A DNA stretch of 64,000 nucleotides, taken from positions 1,124,607-1,188,606 of the forward strand of contig JAXGOI010000001.1 in NCBI GenBank assembly GCA_040767605.1, in the 5' to 3' direction. The notes under the pieces are model-generated. The model saw only the letters and a program-made list of their open reading frames with translations, did no database searches and was not told the DNA's origin. This document shows, piece after piece, positions 52,803-62,275 of the stretch (the first letter of the stretch is position 1; every line of letters begins with the position of its first letter). The stretch comes from Clostridiales bacterium. GTDB taxonomy: Bacteria; Bacillota; Dehalobacteriia; UBA4068. The translations under genes and the position numbers were made by a program.

Positions 52803-53996
52803 ATGAGCTATAATTTAAGATTGGTTCTGGCCGCGGAAGGCAATTGCCCCATAGGGCAAATGCGGGCTGTGGGGGCGGATATTCAAGGCGCCGATTACAT
52901 GGCGGATAAAGCTCGTTTTTATATTTTACGGGGAGACGGGCTTTTAAACCCCGCCGCTCTCATTTTAAAGCAGGAGGCTTTATCCAAAGGGGCCGAGGCG
53001 GTTATTCACCGCCTGGTAATTGTGAATAAAATTGAAAAAAGCGGTTTTTTGCTTATGGGTACCGAAAGGCAATTAAGGCAAATTGGAGAAAAGCTCTCCC
53101 GGCAGGCCTTCGGCCTGCAAAAGCTGGCCCTGGAAATAGAAGAGGCCTTAAATAATATCTTAATAAAAGAATGGGAAATCCCCTGTACCCCTAAGCCTCT
53201 AAAATTGGGAGGCAAAACATTAATAATGGGTATTGTTAATATTACCCCGGATTCTTTCAGCGACGGGGGGGAGTTTTTTAATACTCAAAAGGCCATAGAC
53301 CATGCCCTGGCTTTAGAGGCCGCCGGTGCGGATATTATTGATATTGGCGGGGCCTCAAGCCGCCCGGGGTTTACCCCCGTTCCCCTTCAGGAAGAAATCT
53401 CAAGGGTGCTCCCGGTAATAGAGGGGCTTCTTTTAGGTAAAATTAAGGTACCAATTTCTATAGACAGCGATAAACCCCCGGTGGTAACAGAGGCTCTTAA
53501 AGCCGGGGCGGCTATTATTAACGATATAAGAGGCCTGCAAGGGGCTGGGGAAATGGCCCAAGTGGCCTCCCGCACCAAGGCGCCTTTAATTATTATGCAT
53601 CAGGGTTATAATAAGGCCGACGGCCCGGGGGAAATTTGCGCTTATTTTCGCCGCAGCCTGGAAATAGCCCAGGAGGCCGGAATAGATAAGGAACAGATAA
53701 TTCTTGACCCCGGCCTGGGCTTTGGCAAGGATACTTTAGATAATCTGGAAATAATCCGTAATTTAGAGGCCTTTAAAGTTTTAGGCAGGCCTTTGTTAAT
53801 GGGCGGCTCTAATAAGCGCTTTGTGGGGGATATTACCGGCCTCCCTCTGGGTAGGCGGCTAAGCGGCAATTTAGGCTGGGTGGGAGCATCTATTCAAAAG
53901 GGCGCCGCTATAATCAGAGTTCATGAGGTTGAAGAAACCCGCCGTTTTACAGCCATGGCGGATGCCATAAAAGGAGCGCCTGCCTATGAGGAATAA
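52803..53996 (+). CDS. folP: dihydropteroate synthase with about 150 aa N-terminal extension of unknown function
   Basis: C-terminal two thirds carry DHPS motifs (IMGIVNITPDSFSDGG, DIGGASSRPG, NDI...GL); N-terminal portion unrecognised. Confidence 0.8.
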   Translation: MSYNLRLVLAAEGNCPIGQMRAVGADIQGADYMADKARFYILRGDGLLNPAALILKQEALSKGAEAVIHRLVIVNKIEKSGFLLMGTERQLRQIGEKLSRQAFGLQKLALEIEEALNNILIKEWEIPCTPKPLKLGGKTLIMGIVNITPDSFSDGGEFFNTQKAIDHALALEAAGADIIDIGGASSRPGFTPVPLQEEISRVLPVIEGLLLGKIKVPISIDSDKPPVVTEALKAGAAIINDIRGLQGAGEMAQVASRTKAPLIIMHQGYNKADGPGEICAYFRRSLEIAQEAGIDKEQIILDPGLGFGKDTLDNLEIIRNLEAFKVLGRPLLMGGSNKRFVGDITGLPLGRRLSGNLGWVGASIQKGAAIIRVHEVEETRRFTAMADAIKGAPAYEE

Positions 53997-54366
53997 TAAA
54001 AATTACGATAAAATAATTTTAAATAATTGGGAATTTTGGGCCTGCCACGGCGTATATGAGGAAGAGAAGAAAAATAAGCAGAAATTTAAAATAGATATTA
54101 CTCTTTATTTAGACCTTGCCCCGGCGGCAAAAAGCGATGATATTAAGGATACCGTAGATTATGCCCTGCTCTATGGCGAAGTTAAAGAACTGGTAGAGGG
54201 TAATAGCTATAATCTTTTGGAATGCCTTGCCGCTGCCGTTGCCGGGCTTGCTTTAAAGCGGCCCCTGGTAAAAATGGTAAAAGTGGGGTTAGAAAAACCC
54301 TGCGCCCGCCGGGGGGGAGATATTTTCTCTTCAAAAGTAGAAATAAAAAGAGGCCGCATAAATTAG
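53986..54366 (+). CDS. folB: dihydroneopterin aldolase
   Basis: WEFWACHGVYEEEK...YALLYGEVKELVEGNSYNLLE; overlaps folP stop. Confidence 0.85.
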   Translation: MRNNKNYDKIILNNWEFWACHGVYEEEKKNKQKFKIDITLYLDLAPAAKSDDIKDTVDYALLYGEVKELVEGNSYNLLECLAAAVAGLALKRPLVKMVKVGLEKPCARRGGDIFSSKVEIKRGRIN

Positions 54367-54392
54367 GCAAAAAATAAAGCGGCGGGGGTTTT

Positions 54393-54890
54393 ATGGCAAA
54401 AATAAGCTATTTGGGGCTAGGCTGTAATTTAGGGCAATGCAAAGCCCAAATGATAAAAGCAAAAGAGCTTTTGGCAAATACCCCGGGGATAATTATAAAA
54501 GCCAAATCCTCTTTATACGAAACGGAGCCCTGGGGCCTTAAAAACCAGCCCAATTATTATAATGGGGTATTAAAAATAGCTACTACTCTTAAGCCTCTTT
54601 TATTGCTTTCAGCCTGTTGGGAGGCGGAAAATGCTCTGGGGCGGCAGAGGGAAATAAAATGGGGCCCCCGAACCATGGATATAGATATATTGCTCTATGC
54701 CTCAGAAGAATTAGATTTACCCCGGCTGAAAATACCCCACCCCTATATGACGGAAAGGCTTTTTGTGCTGAAGCCCCTGCTGGAAATCTCCCCAGATTTA
54801 CTTATACCCGGTAAAGGCCCGGCGGCGGATTATTTAAAAAACCTTCCTAATCAGGGCCTTAAACTGGCATTTGCCCCGGAGGAATGGTAA
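54393..54890 (+). CDS. folK: 2-amino-4-hydroxy-6-hydroxymethyldihydropteridine pyrophosphokinase
   Basis: LGLGCNLG...LYETEPWG...GPRTMDIDILLY motifs. Confidence 0.85.
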   Translation: MAKISYLGLGCNLGQCKAQMIKAKELLANTPGIIIKAKSSLYETEPWGLKNQPNYYNGVLKIATTLKPLLLLSACWEAENALGRQREIKWGPRTMDIDILLYASEELDLPRLKIPHPYMTERLFVLKPLLEISPDLLIPGKGPAADYLKNLPNQGLKLAFAPEEW

Positions 54891-55004
54891 AAAAGTTTAA
54901 AAGAGTTAAAAAGGGTTAAAAAATTTTATTCGGCAGTAAATAAAGTAAGGCAAATACAGCAAATTGTCCTAAAAGCAATAAACCTGCCTAAGGAGGCAAT
55001 AATT

Positions 55005-55847
55005 ATGAAAATAATAAATTCTCCCCAAAAAATCCAGGAGATAGCCGGGCTTTGGCGGGCTGATAATTTGCAAATTGGTTTGGTGCCCACTATGGGAAAT
55101 CTCCATGAGGGGCATCTTTCTTTAATTAGGGCGGCGGTTGAGGATTGCGATATTACGGTATTAAGCATTTTTGTTAACCCGGCTCAATTCGGGCCCAGTG
55201 AGGATTATGCCGCCTACCCCCGGAGCTTGGCAAGGGATATTCGCCTGGCTTATGAAGCCGGTGCGGATTGTATTTTTGCCCCAAGCCCTAAGGATATGTA
55301 CCCAAAGGATTTTTCCTGCTATGTTGTGCCGGAAAACCTAAGCCATAAGCTTTGCGGTAAAAGCCGCCCGGGGCATTTTAAGGGGGTTTGCACCGTTGTT
55401 TTAAAGCTTTTTAATTTGATAAGGCCTCATTATGCCTATTTTGGGCAAAAGGATGCCCAGCAATATATAATTCTCAGGCAAATGGTAAAAGATTTTAACC
55501 TGAATTTAAAATTATGCCGCCTGCCTATTATACGGGAAGAGGACGGACTGGCAAAAAGCTCCCGCAACGCCTATTTAAGCTCTGAAGAAAGACGGGAGGC
55601 GGCGATTATTTACAGAGCCTTGAAGGAAGGGCAAAGGCTGTATGAAGCAGGGGAGAATTCCGCCTTAAAACTCAAAAAGCAGATGGCGGATATAATTAAG
55701 GAGGCCCCCGGGGCAAATATAGATTATATTGAAATTGTGGATGCCAATACTCTAAATTCCCTAAACACCCTTAAAAAGCCCTTTATGCTTGGGGCGGCGG
55801 TGTATTTCGGTAAAACAAGGCTTATAGATAATATTATTTTAGATTAG
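55005..55847 (+). CDS. panC: pantoate--beta-alanine ligase
   Basis: VPTMGNLHEGHLSLIR HIGH-type motif, 280 aa. Confidence 0.9.
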   Translation: MKIINSPQKIQEIAGLWRADNLQIGLVPTMGNLHEGHLSLIRAAVEDCDITVLSIFVNPAQFGPSEDYAAYPRSLARDIRLAYEAGADCIFAPSPKDMYPKDFSCYVVPENLSHKLCGKSRPGHFKGVCTVVLKLFNLIRPHYAYFGQKDAQQYIILRQMVKDFNLNLKLCRLPIIREEDGLAKSSRNAYLSSEERREAAIIYRALKEGQRLYEAGENSALKLKKQMADIIKEAPGANIDYIEIVDANTLNSLNTLKKPFMLGAAVYFGKTRLIDNIILD

Positions 55848-55903
55848 TTTTAATAATATTCCCCGGCGCTAATTGCCAAGGGAGAAATCCGGCAGGTGGT
55901 AAA

Positions 55904-56923
55904 ATGAGGGACTATGAAACCCCTAAGGGCTTAAACGGTTATTTAGAAGAGGGCAGGCTGTTTTTTATTATTAACCCAATGGCCGCCAATGGTAAGGCCG
56001 GCAAATGGTGGCAAAAAACCAGCGCCGATTTAAAGGCAAAAGGCCTGAGCTTTAAGGAAGCCTTTACAAAGGGGGCTAATCAGGCTCAAGGCCAGGTTAA
56101 GGCGGCGATTCTTGAAGGCAGCCGCCTTATTATCGCCGTAGGGGGAGACGGCCTTGTTAATGAGGTTTTAAACGGGGTTTTAGATGAAAAGGGAAACCTT
56201 TTGGCCCCGGATTTAATTTTTGGCTTTTGGCCGGTGGGTACGGGCTGCGATTTTGCCCGGAGCATTTTTAAAAGCAGAAAAGATGAGGATTTATACGGCC
56301 TTCTTATAAACGGAATTGTAAAAAGGGTGGATATTGGCCTTGTAAACTGCACCCTGGGGAAAAAAAGGGTTAAACGGTTTTTTCTTAATTCTTCCGATGC
56401 GGGATTAGGGGCTTATACCTGCCATTTTGTTAACAGCGCCACTAAATTTGCCGGCGGCCGCCTTTCTTTTATGTGGGCGGCCCTAAAGGGTGTAGTCAGC
56501 TATAAATATCAGGATATAGAGGTGGAATATGAAAATAATCTCCGGCAGGGCAAATTTTTAATGATTTTTTGCAATAATAGCCGCTATGCCGGGGGAGGCA
56601 TGAAAATCACCCCCCGGGCCATTTTAGATGACTGCTTTTTTGATTTGCTTATAGTTCGTAAAATGCCTAAGCTAAAAATTTTATTTTATTTTTTCAGTAT
56701 TTATAAAGGCCGCCATATAAACCTTAAAGAGGCTACATATATTAAGGCAAAAAATGTAAAAATTAAAGGCGCCCCCCTTTATGTGGAAACAGACGGCGAA
56801 ACCCCGGGTAAAACCCCGGCGGAATTTAGCCTGCTGCCTAAGGCTTTGCCTCTTCTTTTGCCCAAAAATTATAATCGGGATTTATTTTGCGAAAGTTTTA
56901 TTGACAATTTGGATAAGCTTTAA
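55904..56923 (+). CDS. diacylglycerol kinase family lipid kinase (YegS/BmrU-like)
   Basis: FFIINPMAANGKA...IIAVGGDGLVNEVLNG catalytic-domain motifs. Confidence 0.8.
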   Translation: MRDYETPKGLNGYLEEGRLFFIINPMAANGKAGKWWQKTSADLKAKGLSFKEAFTKGANQAQGQVKAAILEGSRLIIAVGGDGLVNEVLNGVLDEKGNLLAPDLIFGFWPVGTGCDFARSIFKSRKDEDLYGLLINGIVKRVDIGLVNCTLGKKRVKRFFLNSSDAGLGAYTCHFVNSATKFAGGRLSFMWAALKGVVSYKYQDIEVEYENNLRQGKFLMIFCNNSRYAGGGMKITPRAILDDCFFDLLIVRKMPKLKILFYFFSIYKGRHINLKEATYIKAKNVKIKGAPLYVETDGETPGKTPAEFSLLPKALPLLLPKNYNRDLFCESFIDNLDKL

Positions 56924-57010
56924 TATACTGTGGGTATATCTTATTAACATAGTAAGGAATGCGTTTTGGGCCGGTTATGATTTAGGCTGATTATGAAACG
57001 GAGGATTAAA

Positions 57011-57436
57011 ATGCATATTTCCACCAAAGGCAGATACGGCTTAAGGGCTTTACTGGATCTTGCCGTAAATTCTCAAGGGGGGCCTATTGCCTTATCCGCA
57101 ATAGCGAAGCGCCAGCAGATTTCCGAAGGCTATTTAGAACAAATTATGATGCCCATGAGAAAGCATGGGCTGGTAAAAAGCATAAGGGGAGCTAAAGGCG
57201 GCTACCTTTTGGCCCGCCCCCCCCATGAAATAATGGCCGGAGAGGTTTTTGAGATTTTAGAGGGGGATTTGCTCCTTTCGGATTGCATAGGCAAAAATAA
57301 GCGCCCCTGCTCTTTTGAGGAAAGCTGTTCCGCCCGTATACTTTGGAAGGAAATTGAAGACAGTATAAATAAAATTCTCTTTTCTTATTCTCTGGAAGAT
57401 TTATTGCAAAGCGGCTCTAAAAATAAACCGGAATAA
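57011..57436 (+). CDS. Rrf2 family transcriptional regulator (IscR/CymR-like)
   Basis: MHISTKGRYGLRALLDLA N-terminal wHTH; three Cys (CIG...C..EESC) possible cluster ligands; precedes nifS. Confidence 0.8.
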   Translation: MHISTKGRYGLRALLDLAVNSQGGPIALSAIAKRQQISEGYLEQIMMPMRKHGLVKSIRGAKGGYLLARPPHEIMAGEVFEILEGDLLLSDCIGKNKRPCSFEESCSARILWKEIEDSINKILFSYSLEDLLQSGSKNKPE

Positions 57437-57466
57437 ATATTCTCTAAAAGTCAAGGAGATGGTTTT

Positions 57467-58621
57467 TTGCAGCGCGTATATTTGGATAATGCCGCCACCA
57501 CACCCCTTTTCCCTCAGGTGGCGGAAAAAATGGCGGATTATTTAACCCATAATTTTGGTAATCCCTCCAGCCTTCACAGCTTCGGCCGGGAGGTTAGGGC
57601 AGATATGGACAAAGCCCGCAATCAGGCGGCGGAGCTTATAAATGCCAAGGAGGGGGAAATATTTTTTACCTCCGGCGGTACGGAGGCGGATAATTTAGCA
57701 ATTTTAGGCACGGCCCAATATAAGGGCAAGGGGCATATTATTACCTCAAAGGTGGAGCATCACGCGGTTTTACATGCCTGTGAGGCCTTAGATGAAAAAA
57801 ATTATGCTATCACCTATTTGCCGGTGGATGAATATGGAATGGTTAAACCGGATACGCTTAAAGCCGCCCTGCGGCCGGATACAATTTTAGTTTCCATAAT
57901 GCAGGGGAATAATGAAATGGGAACCATAAACCCCATAAAAGAGCTGGCGGCTATTGCTAAAGAGGGCGGGGCTTTATTCCATACGGATGCGGTGCAAAGC
58001 GTTGGCAAAATTCCGGTGGATGTTGAAGATTTAGGTGTAGATTTACTGGTTTATTCCGGCCATAAAATAAATGGCCCCAAAGGCATAGGTGTTCTTTATA
58101 AGCGCAGGGGTGTGGTTTTAAAAAGGCTCTTTTACGGCGGCGGGCAGGAGAAGAAGCTCCGCCCCGGTACGGAAAACCTCCCCGGCATAGTAGGCCTGGG
58201 GCTGGCCGCCCAATTAACCCGGGAAAATATGGCCGCCCTGAATAAAGAATGGCTTGAATTAAGAGATTATTTTATTAAAGAGGCTCTGGCAAAAATTCCT
58301 CATCTGCGTTTAAACGGCCACCCTAAAGAGCGTTTGCCCCATAATATAAACCTCAGTTTTAATTATATTGAGGGGGAGGCCCTTTTACTCCATTTAGATT
58401 TAAACGGTATTGCCTGCTCCGCCGGGTCTGCCTGCTCTTCGGCCTCTTTAGAGCCTTCCCATGTTTTAAAGGCTATGGGGCTGGCCCCGGAATGGAGCCA
58501 AAGTTCCCTGCGTTTTTCTCTGGGGCTGGGGAATACCAGGGAGGAAATTGATTATACCATTAAGGTGCTGGCGGAAAAAGTAGCACTTTTGCGTTCTCAT
58601 TCCCCTTTTTATAAAGGCTGA
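57467..58621 (+). CDS. cysteine desulfurase (NifS/IscS family)
   Basis: PLP lysine context SGHK, active-site region SAGSACSS; TTG start after AAGGAG. Confidence 0.85.
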   Translation: MQRVYLDNAATTPLFPQVAEKMADYLTHNFGNPSSLHSFGREVRADMDKARNQAAELINAKEGEIFFTSGGTEADNLAILGTAQYKGKGHIITSKVEHHAVLHACEALDEKNYAITYLPVDEYGMVKPDTLKAALRPDTILVSIMQGNNEMGTINPIKELAAIAKEGGALFHTDAVQSVGKIPVDVEDLGVDLLVYSGHKINGPKGIGVLYKRRGVVLKRLFYGGGQEKKLRPGTENLPGIVGLGLAAQLTRENMAALNKEWLELRDYFIKEALAKIPHLRLNGHPKERLPHNINLSFNYIEGEALLLHLDLNGIACSAGSACSSASLEPSHVLKAMGLAPEWSQSSLRFSLGLGNTREEIDYTIKVLAEKVALLRSHSPFYKG

Positions 58622-58632
58622 GTTTTTACTTT

Positions 58633-58659
58633 AAGCGCGGTTTCCCCGCGCTTTTTTTA
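58633..58659 (+). terminator. Rho-independent terminator after cysteine desulfurase
   Basis: AAGCGCGGtttccCCGCGCTTTTTTTATT. Confidence 0.7.
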
Positions 58660-58744
58660 TTGCCCCTATATTGCAAAAGGGGCAATGCGCAAAAGTGGCA
58701 AAAAACCTCCTTTGGCATAATATGGCAGAAAAAGGAGGGATTTT

Positions 58745-58939
58745 ATGAAATTTTTAGGCCTGCTTGTTCTTTTTTACTTAATTGCGGCCTTAATATTACA
58801 AAGCTGGCAAACGGCCTTTTTAGTGCTTTTGGGGATGGTTTTTTTAGGGGTTTTAATTGCTCTTTTAGTTTACAGCTGGCAGTATATGAAAGAAAAGGAT
58901 AATCTGAAAGAAAAAGAAAAATGGGATGAAAGCCCCTGA
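58745..58939 (+). CDS. small two-TM membrane protein (64 aa)
   Basis: AGGAGGG SD; two hydrophobic helices then charged tail. Confidence 0.4.
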   Translation: MKFLGLLVLFYLIAALILQSWQTAFLVLLGMVFLGVLIALLVYSWQYMKEKDNLKEKEKWDESP

Positions 58940-59081
58940 GCCGGGGCTTTTTCTTATATAGGCTGTTTTATGAGGATAATATAAGAAGGGCAGGAATAAA
59001 CCAAAAAAATGTAGAAGTATTAAAAAATTAAGCCTTAAAAGTATAGCGGAATAATAATCGGGGGGTTCCCCCGCCTATAGA

Positions 59082-60548
59082 TTGGTTGTGATACCTGTGC
59101 AGGAAGAAAATAAAAATCTGTTTACCGGGGAGGCTGTCAATAAGCCAAATTCCCCAAAACCTAAAAGCAGGAAACTTATTTTTGCTTTACTCCCTGTGTT
59201 TTTCCTGGTTTTGCCGATTATCTCCAATGCTTTTGCCGCCGGCCCCCCTCAGGAGGGGGTAATTTCTTCTCAGAGTGTACATATTAAACCTCTGCCGGCT
59301 CTGCCAAAGGTTGCCATCTGCGATTATTTTATTAAAAACGCCTTAATTGTAGACGGTAGCGGAGAGCTGCCCTATGAAGGGAATTTAGCCGTCCGGGGGG
59401 ATACCATTGTAGATGTAGGGCAATGCCTCCCCTCCCCCAAGGCAAAAATTATTGATGCCCAGGGTAAAATTGTTGCCCCCGGTTTTATTGATATTCATAC
59501 CCATACCGACGATTATTGGCCTCAAAAGGGTAATGGGGCCATGGTTTTAGCCCAGGGTATTACCACCCATATTGTGGGTAATTGCGGAACCTCTACCGGG
59601 AATGTCTCCCGGTATTTAGAAAGCGCGGATAATGCCGCCATTAATGTGGGAACATTTTTAGGCTATAAGGCCCTGAGAAGGGGAATAATACCCGATAACC
59701 GGGAGGTTACCCCGGAGGTATTATCCAAAATGGAGGAACAACTGGCAGCTGCTCTGGATAACGGCGCTATGGGGCTTTCTTTGGGTCTTTCATATTACCC
59801 TCAAAATAAGGCCGGCTATAATGAGCTTTTAGCTCTGGCAAAAGTTGTAAAAAGCCGGAATGCCCTACTTGCCGTGCATATTAGGGATGAATATGACGGA
59901 GTTATCCCCTCGGTGGAGGAATTAATAAGGCTTGCCAAAGAAAGCGGGGCCCGCACCCAGTACAGCCATATTAAAGCGGCGGGAGAAAAAAACTGGCCTA
60001 AGCTGGATAGGGTAATGGAATTATTTGATAAGGCTGTTTTTGACGGGCTGGATATTAAGGGAGATGTATATATTTATCCCTATTCCAGCTGGGATATAGG
60101 CTCAAGCCGGGATTCCCTCTCGGTTAAAAATATTAAAAAAATCCTTTCCAACCCCAATGTGGCAATCGGCAGCGATTCCGGCCTGAATAAAAACGGGAAT
60201 GCCATACATCCCAGAGCTTACGGCAATGCCATTGCCTTCCTCTGCCTTTATGTAAGGGATGAGCCCCTTTTATGCCTTGAGGAAGCGGTTATGAAAATGA
60301 CATCCCTGCCGGCGGCAATTATGAATATTGAAGGCAGAGGCCTTTTGGCAAAGGGAATGAAGGCGGATATTGCCGTATTTAATTTAAAAGATTTAAAAGA
60401 AAACGGCAAGAGGAATGACCCAAACCGGATTGCCCAGGGAATGAGCTATGTTTTTGTTAACGGTAAGCCGGTTATAGATGAGGGGAAGTTTACAAATATT
60501 TTAAACGGCAGGAACTTAAGGCTTAAGGGCTCTTATACCAATAAATAA
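59082..60548 (+). CDS. amidohydrolase family protein, N-acyl-D-amino-acid deacylase (D-aminoacylase)-like, with signal anchor
   Basis: GFIDIHTHTD metal-binding HxH motif, length about 480 aa, N-terminal hydrophobic segment. Confidence 0.7.
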   Translation: MVVIPVQEENKNLFTGEAVNKPNSPKPKSRKLIFALLPVFFLVLPIISNAFAAGPPQEGVISSQSVHIKPLPALPKVAICDYFIKNALIVDGSGELPYEGNLAVRGDTIVDVGQCLPSPKAKIIDAQGKIVAPGFIDIHTHTDDYWPQKGNGAMVLAQGITTHIVGNCGTSTGNVSRYLESADNAAINVGTFLGYKALRRGIIPDNREVTPEVLSKMEEQLAAALDNGAMGLSLGLSYYPQNKAGYNELLALAKVVKSRNALLAVHIRDEYDGVIPSVEELIRLAKESGARTQYSHIKAAGEKNWPKLDRVMELFDKAVFDGLDIKGDVYIYPYSSWDIGSSRDSLSVKNIKKILSNPNVAIGSDSGLNKNGNAIHPRAYGNAIAFLCLYVRDEPLLCLEEAVMKMTSLPAAIMNIEGRGLLAKGMKADIAVFNLKDLKENGKRNDPNRIAQGMSYVFVNGKPVIDEGKFTNILNGRNLRLKGSYTNK

Positions 60549-60648
60549 AAGCCCTGCGGAATTAAGCCATACCTAAACTAAAGGCATAAAGGGATTTGCT
60601 TTTAAGGAAAATTATAAATTAAGGGCAATTATAAGAGGGGGCAAAATA

Positions 60649-61113
60649 ATGTGGGCTGCTAATTTAAAAAAAGAAGAATGCCAGATTCTTGAAAAAGTAT
60701 TAAGGCAGGGGCAATATATGCAAATTGCTTTAAGCTATCAGGGAGAGCCTCACTTAATTGCCATGAATTATGCCTGGGAGGGGCAACGCATTTACCTCCA
60801 TGGGGCCAATAGGGGGCGCAAAAGCCTGATATTTAATAAAACTGTTAAAGTTGTATTTCAGGTTGTGGAAGGGGCGGAGATTATCCCCGGGGAAGAGGCC
60901 TGCAGTATTTCCGCCCGTTTTTACAGCGTAGAGGGCAGAGGTACTCTTTTTACGGCAAGCCCTGAAGAAAAGATTAAGGCCCTGGATTGTTTTACCCGTA
61001 AGTATGCCTCTAAAGAAAATTGTGTTTATTCCCAAAAAATACTGGATGCCACTACGGTTTGGGTTATAAGCATAAGCAGCCTAAGCGGCAAAATTAAAGG
61101 CTATTCCCTTTAA
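60649..61113 (+). CDS. pyridoxamine 5'-phosphate oxidase-like FMN-binding split-barrel protein
   Basis: size and pattern (IALSYQGEPHLIAMNYAW...IYLHGA) resemble the PNPOx-like family; weak. Confidence 0.5.
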   Translation: MWAANLKKEECQILEKVLRQGQYMQIALSYQGEPHLIAMNYAWEGQRIYLHGANRGRKSLIFNKTVKVVFQVVEGAEIIPGEEACSISARFYSVEGRGTLFTASPEEKIKALDCFTRKYASKENCVYSQKILDATTVWVISISSLSGKIKGYSL

Positions 61114-61196
61114 TTTATAGGCCTGCCTTGCCAGGCACAAATAAAAACAGATTGAAATATTATGGCATAACTGACTTATAATAGGGAGGTTATGCC

Positions 61197-61628
61197 ATGT
61201 TTATTCCCGAGCAGCAGCAGTATGAGGATTATGAAACTATCCGCCTGCTTAAAGAGGCCATGGCGGCTGAAAAAATGGCCGCCAGAGACTATGAATTATT
61301 AATTGCCGCCACTGAAAATCAGGAGGGGGGAATCTGGCTGGGGCATATTCTCAATGTTGAAAAGCGCCATTTTTTGCTTTTAGAGGATATTTATCAGGAT
61401 TTAACCGGGGAGAATTACCCCATAAAAAATTCCCCCGCCAGTATGCCCCGGGAATACCCCGAAATGCTTAAAACCTCTATTTGCGATGAGCTGGAGGCGG
61501 TGGCTTTTTATGAAAAACTGGCCCCCCGCCTTTTATGCCTTCGCCATAAGGAAATTATTTGGAGAATTTTAAATGATGAAAAGGAGCATGCCAGAACCCT
61601 GGCGGGGATATACAGCCAATGGCATTAA
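61197..61628 (+). CDS. ferritin-like/rubrerythrin-like domain protein
   Basis: paired E..H helices (EKMAARDYELL, LNVEKRHF, ELEAVAFYEKL, NDEKEHARTL). Confidence 0.5.
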   Translation: MFIPEQQQYEDYETIRLLKEAMAAEKMAARDYELLIAATENQEGGIWLGHILNVEKRHFLLLEDIYQDLTGENYPIKNSPASMPREYPEMLKTSICDELEAVAFYEKLAPRLLCLRHKEIIWRILNDEKEHARTLAGIYSQWH

Positions 61629-61732
61629 GGTTTAAAATAAAGGCTTAATAATTAAATTTAATAAGCTGTATTTAAAAGGCGGCCAAGCCGCCTCTTATTT
61701 TTGGAAATAATCAAAGATTTATTTGAATGTTC

Positions 61733-61760
61733 TTGACAACGCTGGTTAAATCTTTATAAT
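61733..61760 (+). promoter_or_regulatory. promoter TTGACA-16-TATAAT upstream of arsR-type regulator / P-type ATPase operon
   Basis: read directly; flanked by AT-rich imperfect inverted repeats (possible ArsR/SmtB operator). Confidence 0.45.
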
Positions 61761-61822
61761 AATAATCAAAGAGAGCTTTGAGTGTTACTTATTTTAATTA
61801 TTTGTTTTTATTGGGAGGAAAT

Positions 61823-62275
61823 ATGAATATAAAAGATTTTCAGAATAAAAAGGTAAAAAAGGGGGTAAAAAGGCAAATAGAGGCCTCCGTAACAAGTAAG
61901 GCCAAAGCGCCTCTTTGTGCGGTTTTTGAGCCTCACCCTAAAAATGTGGCCAGAGGCCGGGAGGTGGCTGAAGGAATTAGCGGCCTGGAGAATTTTTTTA
62001 AGGCCTTAAGCGATGCCACCAGGCTTAAAATTCTTTTTGCCCTTTATGATGCCGGAGAATTATGCGTTTGCGATTTAGGAGAAATAGCCGGGGTAAGCCT
62101 GGCAAGCGCCTCTCATCATATTAGGCTGCTTTTTCAGGCGGGGCTTGTCCGTTATGAAAAGCGGGGGAAATTCGTTTATTATGCTCTGGATGACAGCCAT
62201 GTTTTTACCCTGCTGGAGCAGGCCTTAGTACATTGCCGCCATAAGGAGGGAGAAAATTGTGGAAGCAAACTATAA
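61823..62275 (+). CDS. ArsR/SmtB family metal-sensing transcriptional repressor (CadC-like)
   Basis: LSDATRLKILFALYDAGELCVCDLGEIAGVSLASASHHIRLL wHTH with metal-site Cys; start at ATG after GGGAGG. Confidence 0.8.
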   Translation: MNIKDFQNKKVKKGVKRQIEASVTSKAKAPLCAVFEPHPKNVARGREVAEGISGLENFFKALSDATRLKILFALYDAGELCVCDLGEIAGVSLASASHHIRLLFQAGLVRYEKRGKFVYYALDDSHVFTLLEQALVHCRHKEGENCGSKL

